A DNA stretch of 62,815 nt, the filler included, from Choristocarpus tenellus KU-1152 (Eukaryota; Protista; Phaeophyceae): the NCBI GenBank assembly GCA_964200185.2. It is 10 parts of 10 records of this genome, joined end to end, with 100 filler letters (N's around TTAATTAATTAA, not from the genome) between each part and the next. Parts side by side here need not be neighbours in the genome. Positions count along the whole stretch, not along the records: positions 5,402 to 14,103 come from CAXNAD020004430.1; positions 14,204 to 23,668 come from CAXNAD020003653.1; 8 more parts are not named here. One strand, 5' to 3'. Below, piece after piece: positions 12,701 to 23,668 of the stretch (positions are counted from its first letter, which is position 1; every line of letters starts with the position of its first letter). A program made the position numbers and the translations under genes. The notes beneath the pieces were generated by a model, which was given only the letters and a program-made list of their open reading frames with translations, had not been told where the DNA came from and did not search any database.

Positions 12701-14203
12701 TAATTATCATTTAGTCTTTGCAAGCCCATTCATTGAACACGTCTCATTTCGTTCTATATCTCATTGAAACCATAAAGTGAATAATCAAAGGAGAGGTCCA
12801 GCATATTTGAAAATATTTCGTTATGCCCCCCGTCTGTAAGCCTCATCATCAGCTTTGGTGTGCCAACACAAAATGCCATGCCTTATTCAAGACATGCCTG
12901 AAAATAGGAAAGTGGTACCAGCAGCTCAGCCCTTCGGAGAAATCTTGTGTTTTTCACTGTATTTGCCACAAGAATTGTACAACAGTATATATTAAATGGA
13001 AATGTGTGACAAGAGCGTCTGAAAAATTGTGTTCATGAATGTACAAACTTTGGTGAATGGGAGCTATGCCTCGATCAAATAATGGCAAAATCGTGGAGGA
13101 ACATCTCCGGCGCAATTTCAATGGTCACAACTTCAAAAGGTACAAAAATGAATTGGTTGGCTGAACTCCCCGCAAAAACTATTGCGGGTGTTAGACCACT
13201 GCCCACGTACGGCGTTGTGGCAATACTGAAAAAAAAGAGCAAGATTTGCGGACATCATTTTAGCGTCATGTGCAGACAGGCTGTGAGCACACACACGGGT
13301 GACCCACACAGCAACATGAACCATGATGGTGAGACAAGGAGAGTTGCCGAGGTCACTCTGCCCCCGGGATCTACCCTCAATACCTTCTCTGTTGAGAGGT
13401 AGCAGAAAACAAGTACCATGTGACACTTAGTGCGATGTTAAGGTGACGAGAAAGTGCATGTATTTGTGGAACAGGAGCATGATCAAATCGTGCAATGGAC
13501 CGCGCGGCCGCGACACTGATGCTGACAGAAGATGCATGGAAAGCATTACTACACAAACGTGGTTGGATTCTGCTCTGCAGTCTCTGCCACCTCGGGAAAG
13601 CAGGAAGAGAGCTGGCGAGTCCAGCACCAGGTGGGACAGGGACGAAGTCTGTGGGGAAGCCTGACACATACATGCATGTGTGCATGTATGTGCGCAATAT
13701 AGGCTAGGTAGTCTATAGGATCTTATATGTTTAGTGACCAGCGCTAAACAACAGAAGTGTTGACTCAGTGGAGTAAGTGTCAAGGACTTGTTTCCATATC
13801 CATACAACATAATGAAAAGACTCTATTGGAATAGCTCTCTTTTGCATAGTATGTATGTGTTAGTGCAAGAAAAAGCCACAGTGGGCAAAGGGAGAACCAG
13901 GGTGGTCGGCCGAAGGGAAGGTTGGGGAGGAGAGCAGTGCGACTGTGTGCCATTATGCTCAGGAAACACCTAAACAAAAAACCGGGTGTGTAGAATATCT
14001 TAGTCGTCGACAGTTGCAGCAGGCCCTGGCTGTTTGGAAGCTATGCGAGCCGGAGTAGCTTAAGGAAAGGCTCAAAGTATCTGGGGTGGCGGCTGTCCAT
14101 TTGNNNNNNNNNNNNNNNNNNNNNNNNNNNNNNNNNNNNNNNNNNNNTTAATTAATTAANNNNNNNNNNNNNNNNNNNNNNNNNNNNNNNNNNNNNNNNN
14201 NNN

Positions 14204-14582
14204 AAAACGTATCGGGCCATTGGGGAAGGGGGAGCAAGGAACCTCTTGGCAGGTAATTATTTGGCGCATGCTTTATGCCAACGATGATGGCATTGTAGCA
14301 AGAGCTTCAGAGAGCGTTTGCTTATGATAGTGGTCATCATCATCACGGAGTGCGAGGCATTTGGCCTGATTGTGCTGGGAAAGAAGATGAGGGATATGTG
14401 CCTCCAGGTCCCCTGCAAACTAGCAGACGAAATGTCGCTTATGGGCTACAAGGCAGGGATACCAGCAAGCTGTAGCAGACAATTATTGCTTTCCCAAGAA
14501 CTTGATGTTTGGGGTATTTTCAGCCGAGAAACCAAAGTAGGAGGATATAGGAGGATCGGAGAAAAAATGGCGGTGGAGTGTC
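14204..14582 (+). mobile_element. RTE-clade LINE reverse-transcriptase fragment (inverted duplicate of 15018-15396)
   Basis: Encodes WRMLYANDDGIV (YADD motif relic) and IITECEAFGLIVLGKKM. It is the reverse complement of 15018-15396 apart from scattered substitutions. Confidence 0.8.
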
Positions 14583-15017
14583 TTCATACACAGAAGGAAA
14601 ATCTGTGATTTCCCACCTGAAAATAGTTGTGTAACCAAGTAAGCACGAAGAGGCAAGCGTACCAACTTCCCCATCTCCCCTCTCAGCCCGGATGACACAA
14701 GATATAACAACTGGTGTGAGCTCTCCGCCTCTAAAAAACAAAGAGAATCCATTATATATTCGACCATGACAATCTGCTGGGTATAAACCCTTCAGGAAAG
14801 GCCAATCGCGAACGGTGCTATATAAAGTAATTAATGGCCTTTACATACTTCACGCAGCATGCAACCACAGGAGCAATAGATGGAGAATATGAGTTGTGAT
14901 CACCAAAATAAGAGATGACGAGGAATGTTCGCAAGTGTAACATACTGTTTTGGTTGGATCTTCTGACTGTAAAACCTACGTTTCAGCTGGAATGTCGGAA
15001 CCCTCAAGGTCATCGTG

Positions 15018-15930
15018 GACACTCCATCACCATTTTTTCTCCGATCCTCCTATATCCTCCTACTTTGGTTTCTCGGCTGAAAATCCCCCAAACATCAAGT
15101 TCTTGGGAAAGCAATAGTTGTCTGCTACAGCTTGCTGGTATCCCTGCCTTGTAGCCCATAAGCGGCATTTCGTCTGCTAGTTTGCAGGGGACCTGGAGGC
15201 ACATATTCCTCATCTTCTTTCCGAGTACAATCAGGCCAAATGCCTTGCACGCCGTGATGATGATGACCACTATCATAAGCAAACGCTCTCTGAAGCTCTT
15301 GCTACAATGCCATCATCGTTGGCATAAAGCATGCGCCAAATAATTACCTGCCAAGAGGTTCCTTGCTCCCCCTTCCCCAATGGCCCGATACGTTTTGTCA
15401 ACTCTCCTTATCGAAATAGAGTCTTCTTCAGGGAGAACCCGAATCACACATCTCCAAGGTAAGCAACACGGTAAAAAGGAGAGGTAGAACATAGATGGTG
15501 CAGAGAAACACTCTTGGCATGAACCTTCTTCAATGCCGAACCATTCTGTGCACATCATATCATCCATCTTTAAACAACCTCTCATTCTGGTGTGAAAGTT
15601 ACAAATGACTAAAATAATCTTGGTAGGGACACCAGTCTTGCCCAGTTCACAGGAGACCGCGATTGACAGTCATACAACATAATACACCTTTGGTGCAGAT
15701 CAAACAAAGCACATGTACCCAAGGGGACCCTCTTAGCTTGCCTACTCTCCAGCATGACATACACTTGCAATCATCATGTAAGTGGTCAACCGCTGATGTT
15801 GGAGTCCACATTGCTCCTCGGGTAGTATACCCTTTCGCTTGATGTAGGATTGCAAGCGTTGTACGACAACTTTCAGAAGCAGTTTATTACCAGTTTGGCC
15901 AACAGCGAAATACCCTTCCTACTGTTATCA
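15018..15930 (-). mobile_element. Degenerate RTE-clade LINE reverse transcriptase
   Basis: LLKVVVQRLQSY..GILPEEQCG, MCFV, GVPTKII..ICNFHTRMRGC, TEWFGIEEG.CQ.C..AP.MF and LYANDD, interrupted by frameshifts and stops. Confidence 0.8.
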
Positions 15931-16821
15931 CACCCACAACGAACTTCCAAGTAGAAGACACAATATTGAGTGGAGTGGAGTGGGAACAGCTGGTGAGCTT
16001 TGAGATTAACAGATTATTCGGTCATGAGTATATTATGGCAGTATCTCATATTATTGTTATATACTTGGAGAACTGGTCAATGCGATATTCTGAACCTTTA
16101 GTGAGACTATTTTCGCTGTATGCAACAATTCAAAGTGAATTATCTTCACTTTTGTCTCTGAGGACTATCCCGACACATGGTCTGAAGCACTACATACTGA
16201 TCTACGTTTCACACGAACTAATGTAGCTAACAATTGCACTACGACTAATTGCTCTGCCTCCGTTCGTGCATTGCTTCTCACACTTTGGGTTCAGCCATCC
16301 CATTGCTCGTTGCTCCCCTTCCTCTCCTAAACATTTTGGTTGAAGTATGTAATACAAAGGAAGGTATACTGTGAAAAATTGTCCACGATCTGCAAAATGT
16401 CAGAGTGCACAAATAGTAAAAATAGATCATCACAGTAATGGTAATTTTGAACCCCCCCCCCCGATAAGTACGGTAGTTCCATCGCTTCCCACTGCATTTT
16501 GAGATTCGGACGGTATGGTATGGACGGTATACGAGTTCCACAGTTTTTCGTGGTGGTTCAGGTTTCTATTGCATGTGACCACCCAATACACCCTGGGAGC
16601 CGTCTCTCATGACAGGCTGGCGGACTGTTTCCCACTTGATGTTTAACACATCGCCATACAATATTTAGATCACTCTCCAATATGAAATATGTGCGCGTTA
16701 ACATTCCTGCAATTGATGCTGTCAAGTGAGAACGAACCAACAGGATGGTTGGTTGTATCAAGCCCCAAACTCTAGACACAAAAATTGATCCAGCAAAAGC
16801 AACTCGTTATGCTGAAGTGTA

Positions 16822-17183
16822 CAGGGGAATCCCCCTATCTTCGGGAATCGTCCTGGTCTTGGGGAATCACTGCTCTCATACTTATTCACTTCTTCAAACG
16901 AAGTTTAGGGTTATTTTTCATACACAGGTCAGGGTTACAGACACGGTTAGGGTTAAGTTTTCGAAAACGTGTGTGAAGAGTGAAAAGTGGTGGGTCATTG
17001 AGAGGTGGTGGTTCCCCAGTGCACACTGTACCGCTTCATCACTTCTTCTAGCATACTTCCTTGGCTGGTACACACAAGATGGGTTTAGGGTTGGGGAAGG
17101 GTTAGGTTTTCGAAAATGCGCGCGAAAAGTGGGAAAAAAATAGTTCAGTTGTAGTGGTTCCCGAAGACTGGGAGGTTCCCCTG
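16822..17183. mobile_element. Tc1/mariner-like MITE with internal TTAGGG-type motifs
   Basis: Imperfect ~29-bp TIRs (CAGGGGAATCCCCCTATCTTCGGGAATC versus revcomp CAGGGGAACCTCCCAGTCTTCGGGAACC), flanked by TA and TG. Two internal GGGTTA.GTTTTCGAAAA motifs. Confidence 0.65.
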
Positions 17184-18147
17184 TGCACTGCAATGCAAAG
17201 GAGTGTGGGCTATTCGACACAGCGACTACTCTCACCACACAGTCTCTCACAGATCAGTGATGTCCTGTCTTGGCCTTTGTCGACCGTATGCTATGGACCA
17301 ATCACTTCCTTGTGTTTCTAGTAGTGAAACAGGTTGAGGTGGGTGATGAGCTCGGATGAGCAATCCTTGGAGTTGAGAAGGAGGAGATGCCCCCACTTTG
17401 TCCGCTTGACATTTTTGACTACCAAGATGGCACACCTCATATTCTTCATGGTTCCCTTGGGAAGGGATGAACGTTTGGAAGAACTTACACACCACTGACC
17501 TCGTGGCAGACTCCCCCGGCTTGGTGGGCTTGAAATTTGCTCCCATGATATTCTGTCTATCAAAGGTTCGTGCTGCTAAGACTTTGCCCTCCCAATGCCC
17601 ACGGGAGCATCCACAAGGAAGTGAAGAGATCCATCCTTCAACGAAGAGCAACCTCTTCGTCTTCTTCATCAATCCCTCTTTACTCAGCCCTCAACACATT
17701 TCCTTCCACCTCCATCACTCAGTCTCAAAAAGAAAGAATGAAATAGGTGCTTATCTATGAATCTATGTCTTCTAGCCGTCTAACTGTACTGTACGGTTGT
17801 GGTGCTCTTATGGTATGGTGGAGTGATGGTGGAGCGTGGTGGCATGATCATCTACATCTACACAATCTTCGAACAAAAAATAAAAAACAAGTATGAACAT
17901 ACATACCTTTTAAACTCCATGTTAGAGTAGATCCATAGCTAATACTGTTGTACTGTATATAATACATACATGAGTATTTATTATTAAGCAATATAATATC
18001 ATGCCTCTGACATGTTGCACATAAACACGTCAGGGGGGGGGGAAACTGAGACCAAACCTATATGACATGGAATACTACTGTACTACAATTGTCGTCATCA
18101 GTGCTAATATGCCTTCCTAATGTACTCATTATGTATCATATGATAAA

Positions 18148-18420
18148 TGATTATACATTCACCTTTGCGGTGGAAAGTTTTGGGCGCCTCGGCAAGCAAG
18201 CGGAACGTTTTCTGGATGAGCTAGCTACACACGCGGTAGGGGGGAGAGGAACCGGAGGCTATACCAGAAAAGGAGCTGTCAAATCCCGCCTACGCCAGGT
18301 AGTCTCAGCCCTATCTAGAGGGGCCATGCGTTTCAAGCTGGAGTCATCATAGAGATGGGCAAGGAAGGGCTTGTTAGATTCTTGGGATGCTTCCCTGGCT
18401 CCTCACCCTGGGGTGCAGGA
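18148..18420 (+). mobile_element. 3' remnant of a restriction-like-endonuclease non-LTR retrotransposon (CRE-like)
   Basis: DYTFTFAVESFGRLGKQAERFLDELA fits the C-terminal ExxGxxGxxAxxFL signature of RLE-type LINEs. A second, shorter copy is at ~18748-18925. Confidence 0.6.
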
Positions 18421-18747
18421 ATAGGTTTGAGACACAGGAAGGCAGTAATACAGCATAGGTAGTAAAAGAGAAGATTAACATTTTTCACTTTTGTGACAAG
18501 TGTTACTTCTTTAGGGTTTTTTCAGACATGTGGATAGTTTTCATTTTTCCCCTGGCGCATCTCCAAAATGTCAGGGGTCGAGATAAATATATATTTTTTA
18601 TTATTATGCCCTCTGACATTTAAAATATATATTATACATCCATCCATACGGTATATGGCAATAGATCCGAAAAATACGGCACAGCACTTATACGGTAAGT
18701 CCTGTTTACATACGGTACGTGCGGTTTTTGTTACATTTTTTTTTTCA

Positions 18748-18925
18748 GGTTACAACAGGAAAGGACCTGTCAAATCCCGTTTACGACTGATAGTGTCTGT
18801 CACTACGTAAGTGGCTTTATCGAGACTTGTCATGCGTTTTAAGCTGGAGACACCAGGGAGATGGGCAAGGAGGGGTTCGTCAGATTCTTGGGATGCTTCC
18901 CTAGTTCCTCGCCCTGTGGTGTAGG
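18748..18925 (+). mobile_element. Second, shorter copy of the CRE-like LINE 3' end
   Basis: Shares CTGTCAAATCCCG...CATGCGTTT.AAGCTGGAG...GAGATGGGCAAGGA.GGG...AGATTCTTGGGATGCTTCCCT with 18257-18420. Confidence 0.65.
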
Positions 18926-18991
18926 GCTAAGCTAGTTGGAGGTATAGCAGGGGAGTGGTGTAGTATAACTGGCTGAAAAATAGTAAGATTT

Positions 18992-19098
18992 AGTAGCATG
19001 TTCTTCAATCCCCACAATGATCGACCCTGCCCAGTAAGAACATATAACACAATTCCCGCCTTTACTGGTTTGGATCCACAGTTCATGATGGGATCACT
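18992..19098 (+). repeat. ~107-bp dispersed repeat (second copy at 22502-22610, in the SNAPC3 intron)
   Basis: Near-identical TGTTCTTCAATCCCCAC.ATGATCGACCCTGCCCAGT...CACAATTCCCGCCTTTACTGGTTTG.ATCCACAGTTCATGATGGGAT in both copies. Confidence 0.9.
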
Positions 19099-19699
19099 GC
19101 GATTTGGTCATGCATCTATCTGGCCCACACCACACCACCTTGACTGGCCTCAATAGCAAAAGGTGGTGCGTATAAGGAACATCACTAACTGCACACAGTG
19201 TCTTCATTCAATGTGTTGGAATCCAAAATGGGACCGATCTCCGACAACAAGATAACAAGGACTTTCTACTGCCATCGAATATACTCTAGATGAATATAGT
19301 ATATTATACACTCACATTCTGGAGATGTTGCCGTGAAGGGAACAAGAAGCAACATAAATGACAGATAATAAAAATCATTAAGAATGTAACAACAGAATTT
19401 GCCTAGGCTATGGTGAACCACCTTCTGAAAACACCAAGCAAAATTGTATATCTGAAAACAAGAAACTAACTGCATCAAAACTAGGAATCGGTGCACTGAG
19501 AAGAATATCTCGATATTCATTACTTAGTATTTGTTCTTTACTGTTGGACTACTTCTATGAAACTGCAACCAATACAATTATGTTTTGACTGTTGTGTTCA
19601 TTGTTTCTGTTGTCTTATACGTGGAAAGCATGATTGTCTGTTGTTATACCGTCATTGCCGTATGCCAAATACCGTTATACCGTTTTACCTTTTGAGGTT

Positions 19700-21100
19700 C
19701 CTTGTCAAGCATCCATGATTCCACTGGCGGACCTTCCGTCAGAATGAAACCATGGAATTTCTGCGAGACCAATCCTACAGACTTGGGACAGTTCGTCATT
19801 CAGAGTTGTTACACATGGAAGGTCCACTTTGTTCTCATGTCTTGGCTTGTAGTCATGAGGCCCTTTTTTGAAGATGCTCAGTACTTCTCAATTTGCACTT
19901 GCCCAACCTTAACCTCGTACCCTCGGTTACGGTTCGTCTTTGTTCGTCTGGTCTGTCTTGCCCGGTGATTCTCTTCACCGCCCTTGCCTGCGTGAACCAT
20001 GCTGCCACAGAATCACACGATTCACGGTATATGCGTGTTCCTTCTCTCCTCTAGTGGCGTCCTAAGAATATTATGTGTAAAAGACGTTAAATCATGATAA
20101 ATCCACATTCTCTCTCATATAAGCTGCTTCAGCCTTCCTTGAGCACAACATGAGCAATAGTCCTTGTCAGATACTTTGAAGCATTACATGAGATGATGCT
20201 TCTGGGAATGGAGAAAGGGCACCAGGCACAGAAAGGAGTAGAAGCCAAAATTTTGAGCCTCCTATAGGACCCCTCACCAACCAAGGTGCCTTTTTCCTGG
20301 CAGCACTACAAGGCACTTGAGTGAAAGTATCTTAGAGGGTACGAGTTTTTCCCTTTTTGTCCATTAGGGGCTTGGCTACCCACGGGTTTTTAGTGACATT
20401 TTACCTACTCCAAAATGTTTCGGAGTAGGTAAAATGTATACGTTGTGAAAAGATGTGTCCGGAACACGGATAATGACATCTCCTAACAAACATGATAGTC
20501 AAAAATTACATCAAAATTGCAACATTGGATTTTTTCCTCCAAGTGGACGCGGCTTTACCCTATAAGATACTTGACTCACTCAGCGCACTCTATCCTGCGG
20601 TAACAGTTCAGTTGAGCAATTTGATTCAAATTTTCTTCCAGATATATTTTTAACCTTCAATTCTTTCAGTCACAACACCATACAATATTTCACTGGGGCC
20701 CAATCTGTTACCCAGTCCGGTGCTAACACTATGTTATATAAATAGTTAAAATGAAAACATATGCAACATATTGTGTCATGCTTGAGATAGCCAGAGCTCT
20801 ATAGATGTGAAGTTTTCGCCTTCCAGTCGATCTTATTCAAGGGATGGTCGTCAATGCTGTCAGAAGATTGGACCAAAGCATTGAAGAACCCCCTCTGGTG
20901 TGTGGAGGGCGTACTTGTGGGTCAGCGGTTGATGAAGGCTGTTCTCTGTCTGGATTTTATGGGTTTGAACCCCACGGCAGGACTTTTAATGGGATATGGA
21001 AATGTGACACACCTGGTCGTGGGCCAATCCTGTGAAATGTGTTTCCTAGGGTTGGCTGGGACCCACCAGGGGCATGCAGGGAAGGTATAGTCACGGATAT
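19700..21100 (-). mobile_element. Possible highly degraded Gypsy integrase C-terminal region
   Basis: Fragmentary peptides QDWPT, LLPQDRVR and a GPY-like GSYRRLKIL appear in the expected order, interrupted by MITE copy 2. Weak. Confidence 0.3.
20319..20577 (+). mobile_element. 259-bp MITE, copy 2
   Basis: GAGTGAAAGTATCTTAGAGGGTA...TACCCTATAAGATACTTGACTC, flanks ACTT/ACTC. Confidence 0.9.
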
Positions 21101-21659
21101 ATATTGTTCTAAAGCACATTGTTGCTGTGTTAGCGGATTCCTGCCGGCAAAAGGACCGGTTTGCTTTCCACAAGAAATCCAATTATCACCAGCTTCCATA
21201 CTCATTCGTTATGTGGAAAAAGTTCATACCAAGTACCCTGACAAGTCAAGTGGTAGGGTAGAAAGTCGGATATAAATGGAAAACTTTCGAAATACTGTGT
21301 TTGAAGAGCAGGGGCAAGGAGGTAAAAAGTTGTAGGAAATGCCAAGGGAAGCATTCCTGACTGATGACACATAAGGGATTGTTCCTCTTCCTTTCATAAT
21401 TTCCGACCCAGAGGATGTGAATTGCTCAGAACGTGTGGCATTGTGGAAGCTGATCAACCAGCACCGCTCACATGTCCATTCAACCAATCAGAAAAGGAAA
21501 TACAGAAAATCTGCAGCCAAATAGAACAATGTTGCCATGCAACCTCCCCACCACCATTGATCTTGGCCTTGTTCAGTCAATCCTCTACTTGTCTGCTTCA
21601 TCTTTCCTTCCTTTGCTTCTCTCTGCAGAGCATCCTTGAGGTTCCAACATCCCTCCTGC

Positions 21660-23521
21660 CTACATCTCTTCGAAGCATGGGTACACACGAAGTCCTTCCC
21701 CTCCCACCGCTGTAGCTTCCCCTCCACTTAGTAACTTCCCCTCGTCAGAATAGTGCAACATGTGGAAGCAAAGCTGGCAGCATAACAGCGGCACCTGAGG
21801 CCCACAAAACAGAGAGGTCCATGATAGAGAGAAAGGCATTGTATGAACTAGGGGGACATCGCATCAGGTAAAAAACCGATAACATTTCTTTGGGTCCAAG
21901 ATTAAGCAGTAGCTCCAAGTAGAGTTAAAAGAGCTCTCTCTCTAATCAGGGACTGTTTTTTTTCTAAAAAACTGCAGTCTTTATGACAACAACTATTTTG
22001 CATCGTGTTAGACAAACTGCCCCCCCCCCCCCAAAACAGAATCAACACAGTGAAAGACCAGGCCTCAAGTGAATTGCCAAGTTCCTGTGTATGATCAATG
22101 AATTTGGCTTCATGAGGAGGAACGATATCTGCTGTGTATATCGCCAAACATAACCTTGTCTTCTTCACAAAGTATAGCTCATGTTTCGAACAGCTGGCAA
22201 TTTCTAATTAATATTATTTTTATTGGGAACAAACAAAGTTGGCATTTTGCTTTAGTTCTTCTAGGTTTCTACTGGAGGTTTCAGCACAGTTCCGCTACGA
22301 GGCAGGCTTTACAATCAACAAAAAAAGACTAAACCAAAACAGAACCACAATATCCCTTCTATTTGGTTGGTTTGCAACATGAATCCCCCCCTACTTCAAA
22401 TGGGTGATATTCAACTTTGACTTTTGCTAGGAAGGAGTCATGTGTTTCTGGAGGTTTTAGAGATGGGACCGAGGCATGTCAGGCAAGCTTGAAAGCCTCA
22501 GAGTAGCCTGTTCTTCAATCCCCACTATGATCGACCCTGCCCAGTCAGGACATAACACAATTCCCGCCTTTACTGGTTTGAATCCACAGTTCATGATGGG
22601 ATGGATCACTACCATAAGGCTAACATGTATAAATACTGAGTATATACTAAGTAAGATGCCATAAGGTTAACATGCATAAGTGTTAAGAGATGGCACCTTC
22701 ACTTCTTTCCATGCAGTCCTGGTGTAAACTCAATTATCAGAACCAGTGCAAAGGGATTATTTCTTGATTGATTGTGTTTTCTTTTTCATCATAGAATCAT
22801 TGATACAAAATATACTCCTCAACATATTACTAGCGTCAGATCAAAGAAAAAAACCACATCCAGGTTGAGCACCACCAATTGTAAGGGATTCATATGTGCA
22901 CGTTATTTTTATTAATAGTTCAAATTGAAAGGTACTCAGGACTGACTCATCCCTACTCCAGAGCACAGGATGATCTACTAGAGAACCTGTTCAAATTATC
23001 TTTACAAAGAGAATGATGGGATGCCTACCTCACTCCAATGCACTACACCTACATACATCTGGCAATAATATCAATATGTCAATATATCAATATATGTCAA
23101 TATATATATATATCGTGTTCAATTCTTACATCTCTCAAAGTGAACTAACTATACATATAGGGGAATAGGGGAGGGGGAGATAGCCTCCCACTCCTCAAAA
23201 AAAAAAAATCGATATATTTCAAAGTATTGTTACATTTAGAACTACTTGTACCCTCAGGCACCCAACCCCCTTTGGTAAGAAATGCAACGCACCTCATTGG
23301 CCAACAAGCTTCCAAAGACCTTGCACTCCGCCATTCGCAGCAGGCACACAGAGCATATCTTTGTCCATGGCTTGCACCTGTACGTCACCTGTGGATACCC
23401 CACCTTATCCACAAGATCTTCCCTTCCCCCCCCCCCAGCCGCCGAATCATACCCACCTGTTGCTGCTGCTGCTGCTGAGTTCGCCCCGTCTCTTACCAAC
23501 CCATCTTCCACGGACGCCATC

Positions 23522-23559
<38 letters not shown>

Positions 23560-23668
23560 ACCCAAAGTTTGTCCATTCTGCGACTCAGGTGCTGTTGACT
23601 CTGCCCCTGCCCCCCGTCCACCTCCACCTTCATCCACATGGGGCAGGGTGTTGGAGGTCGCCCCTCTT
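21660..23668 (-). CDS. SNAPC3: snRNA-activating protein complex subunit 3 (SNAP50), last two exons
   Basis: Exon 23668-23293 (GYPQVTYRCKPWTKICSVCLLRMAECKVFGSLLANE, donor GTGCGT) splices in phase 0 to exon 21794-21660 (VPLLCCQLCFHMLHYSDEGKLL...LRVYPCFEEM*). Together they form the zf-SNAP50_C CxxC...CxxC..LHY pattern. Confidence 0.85.
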
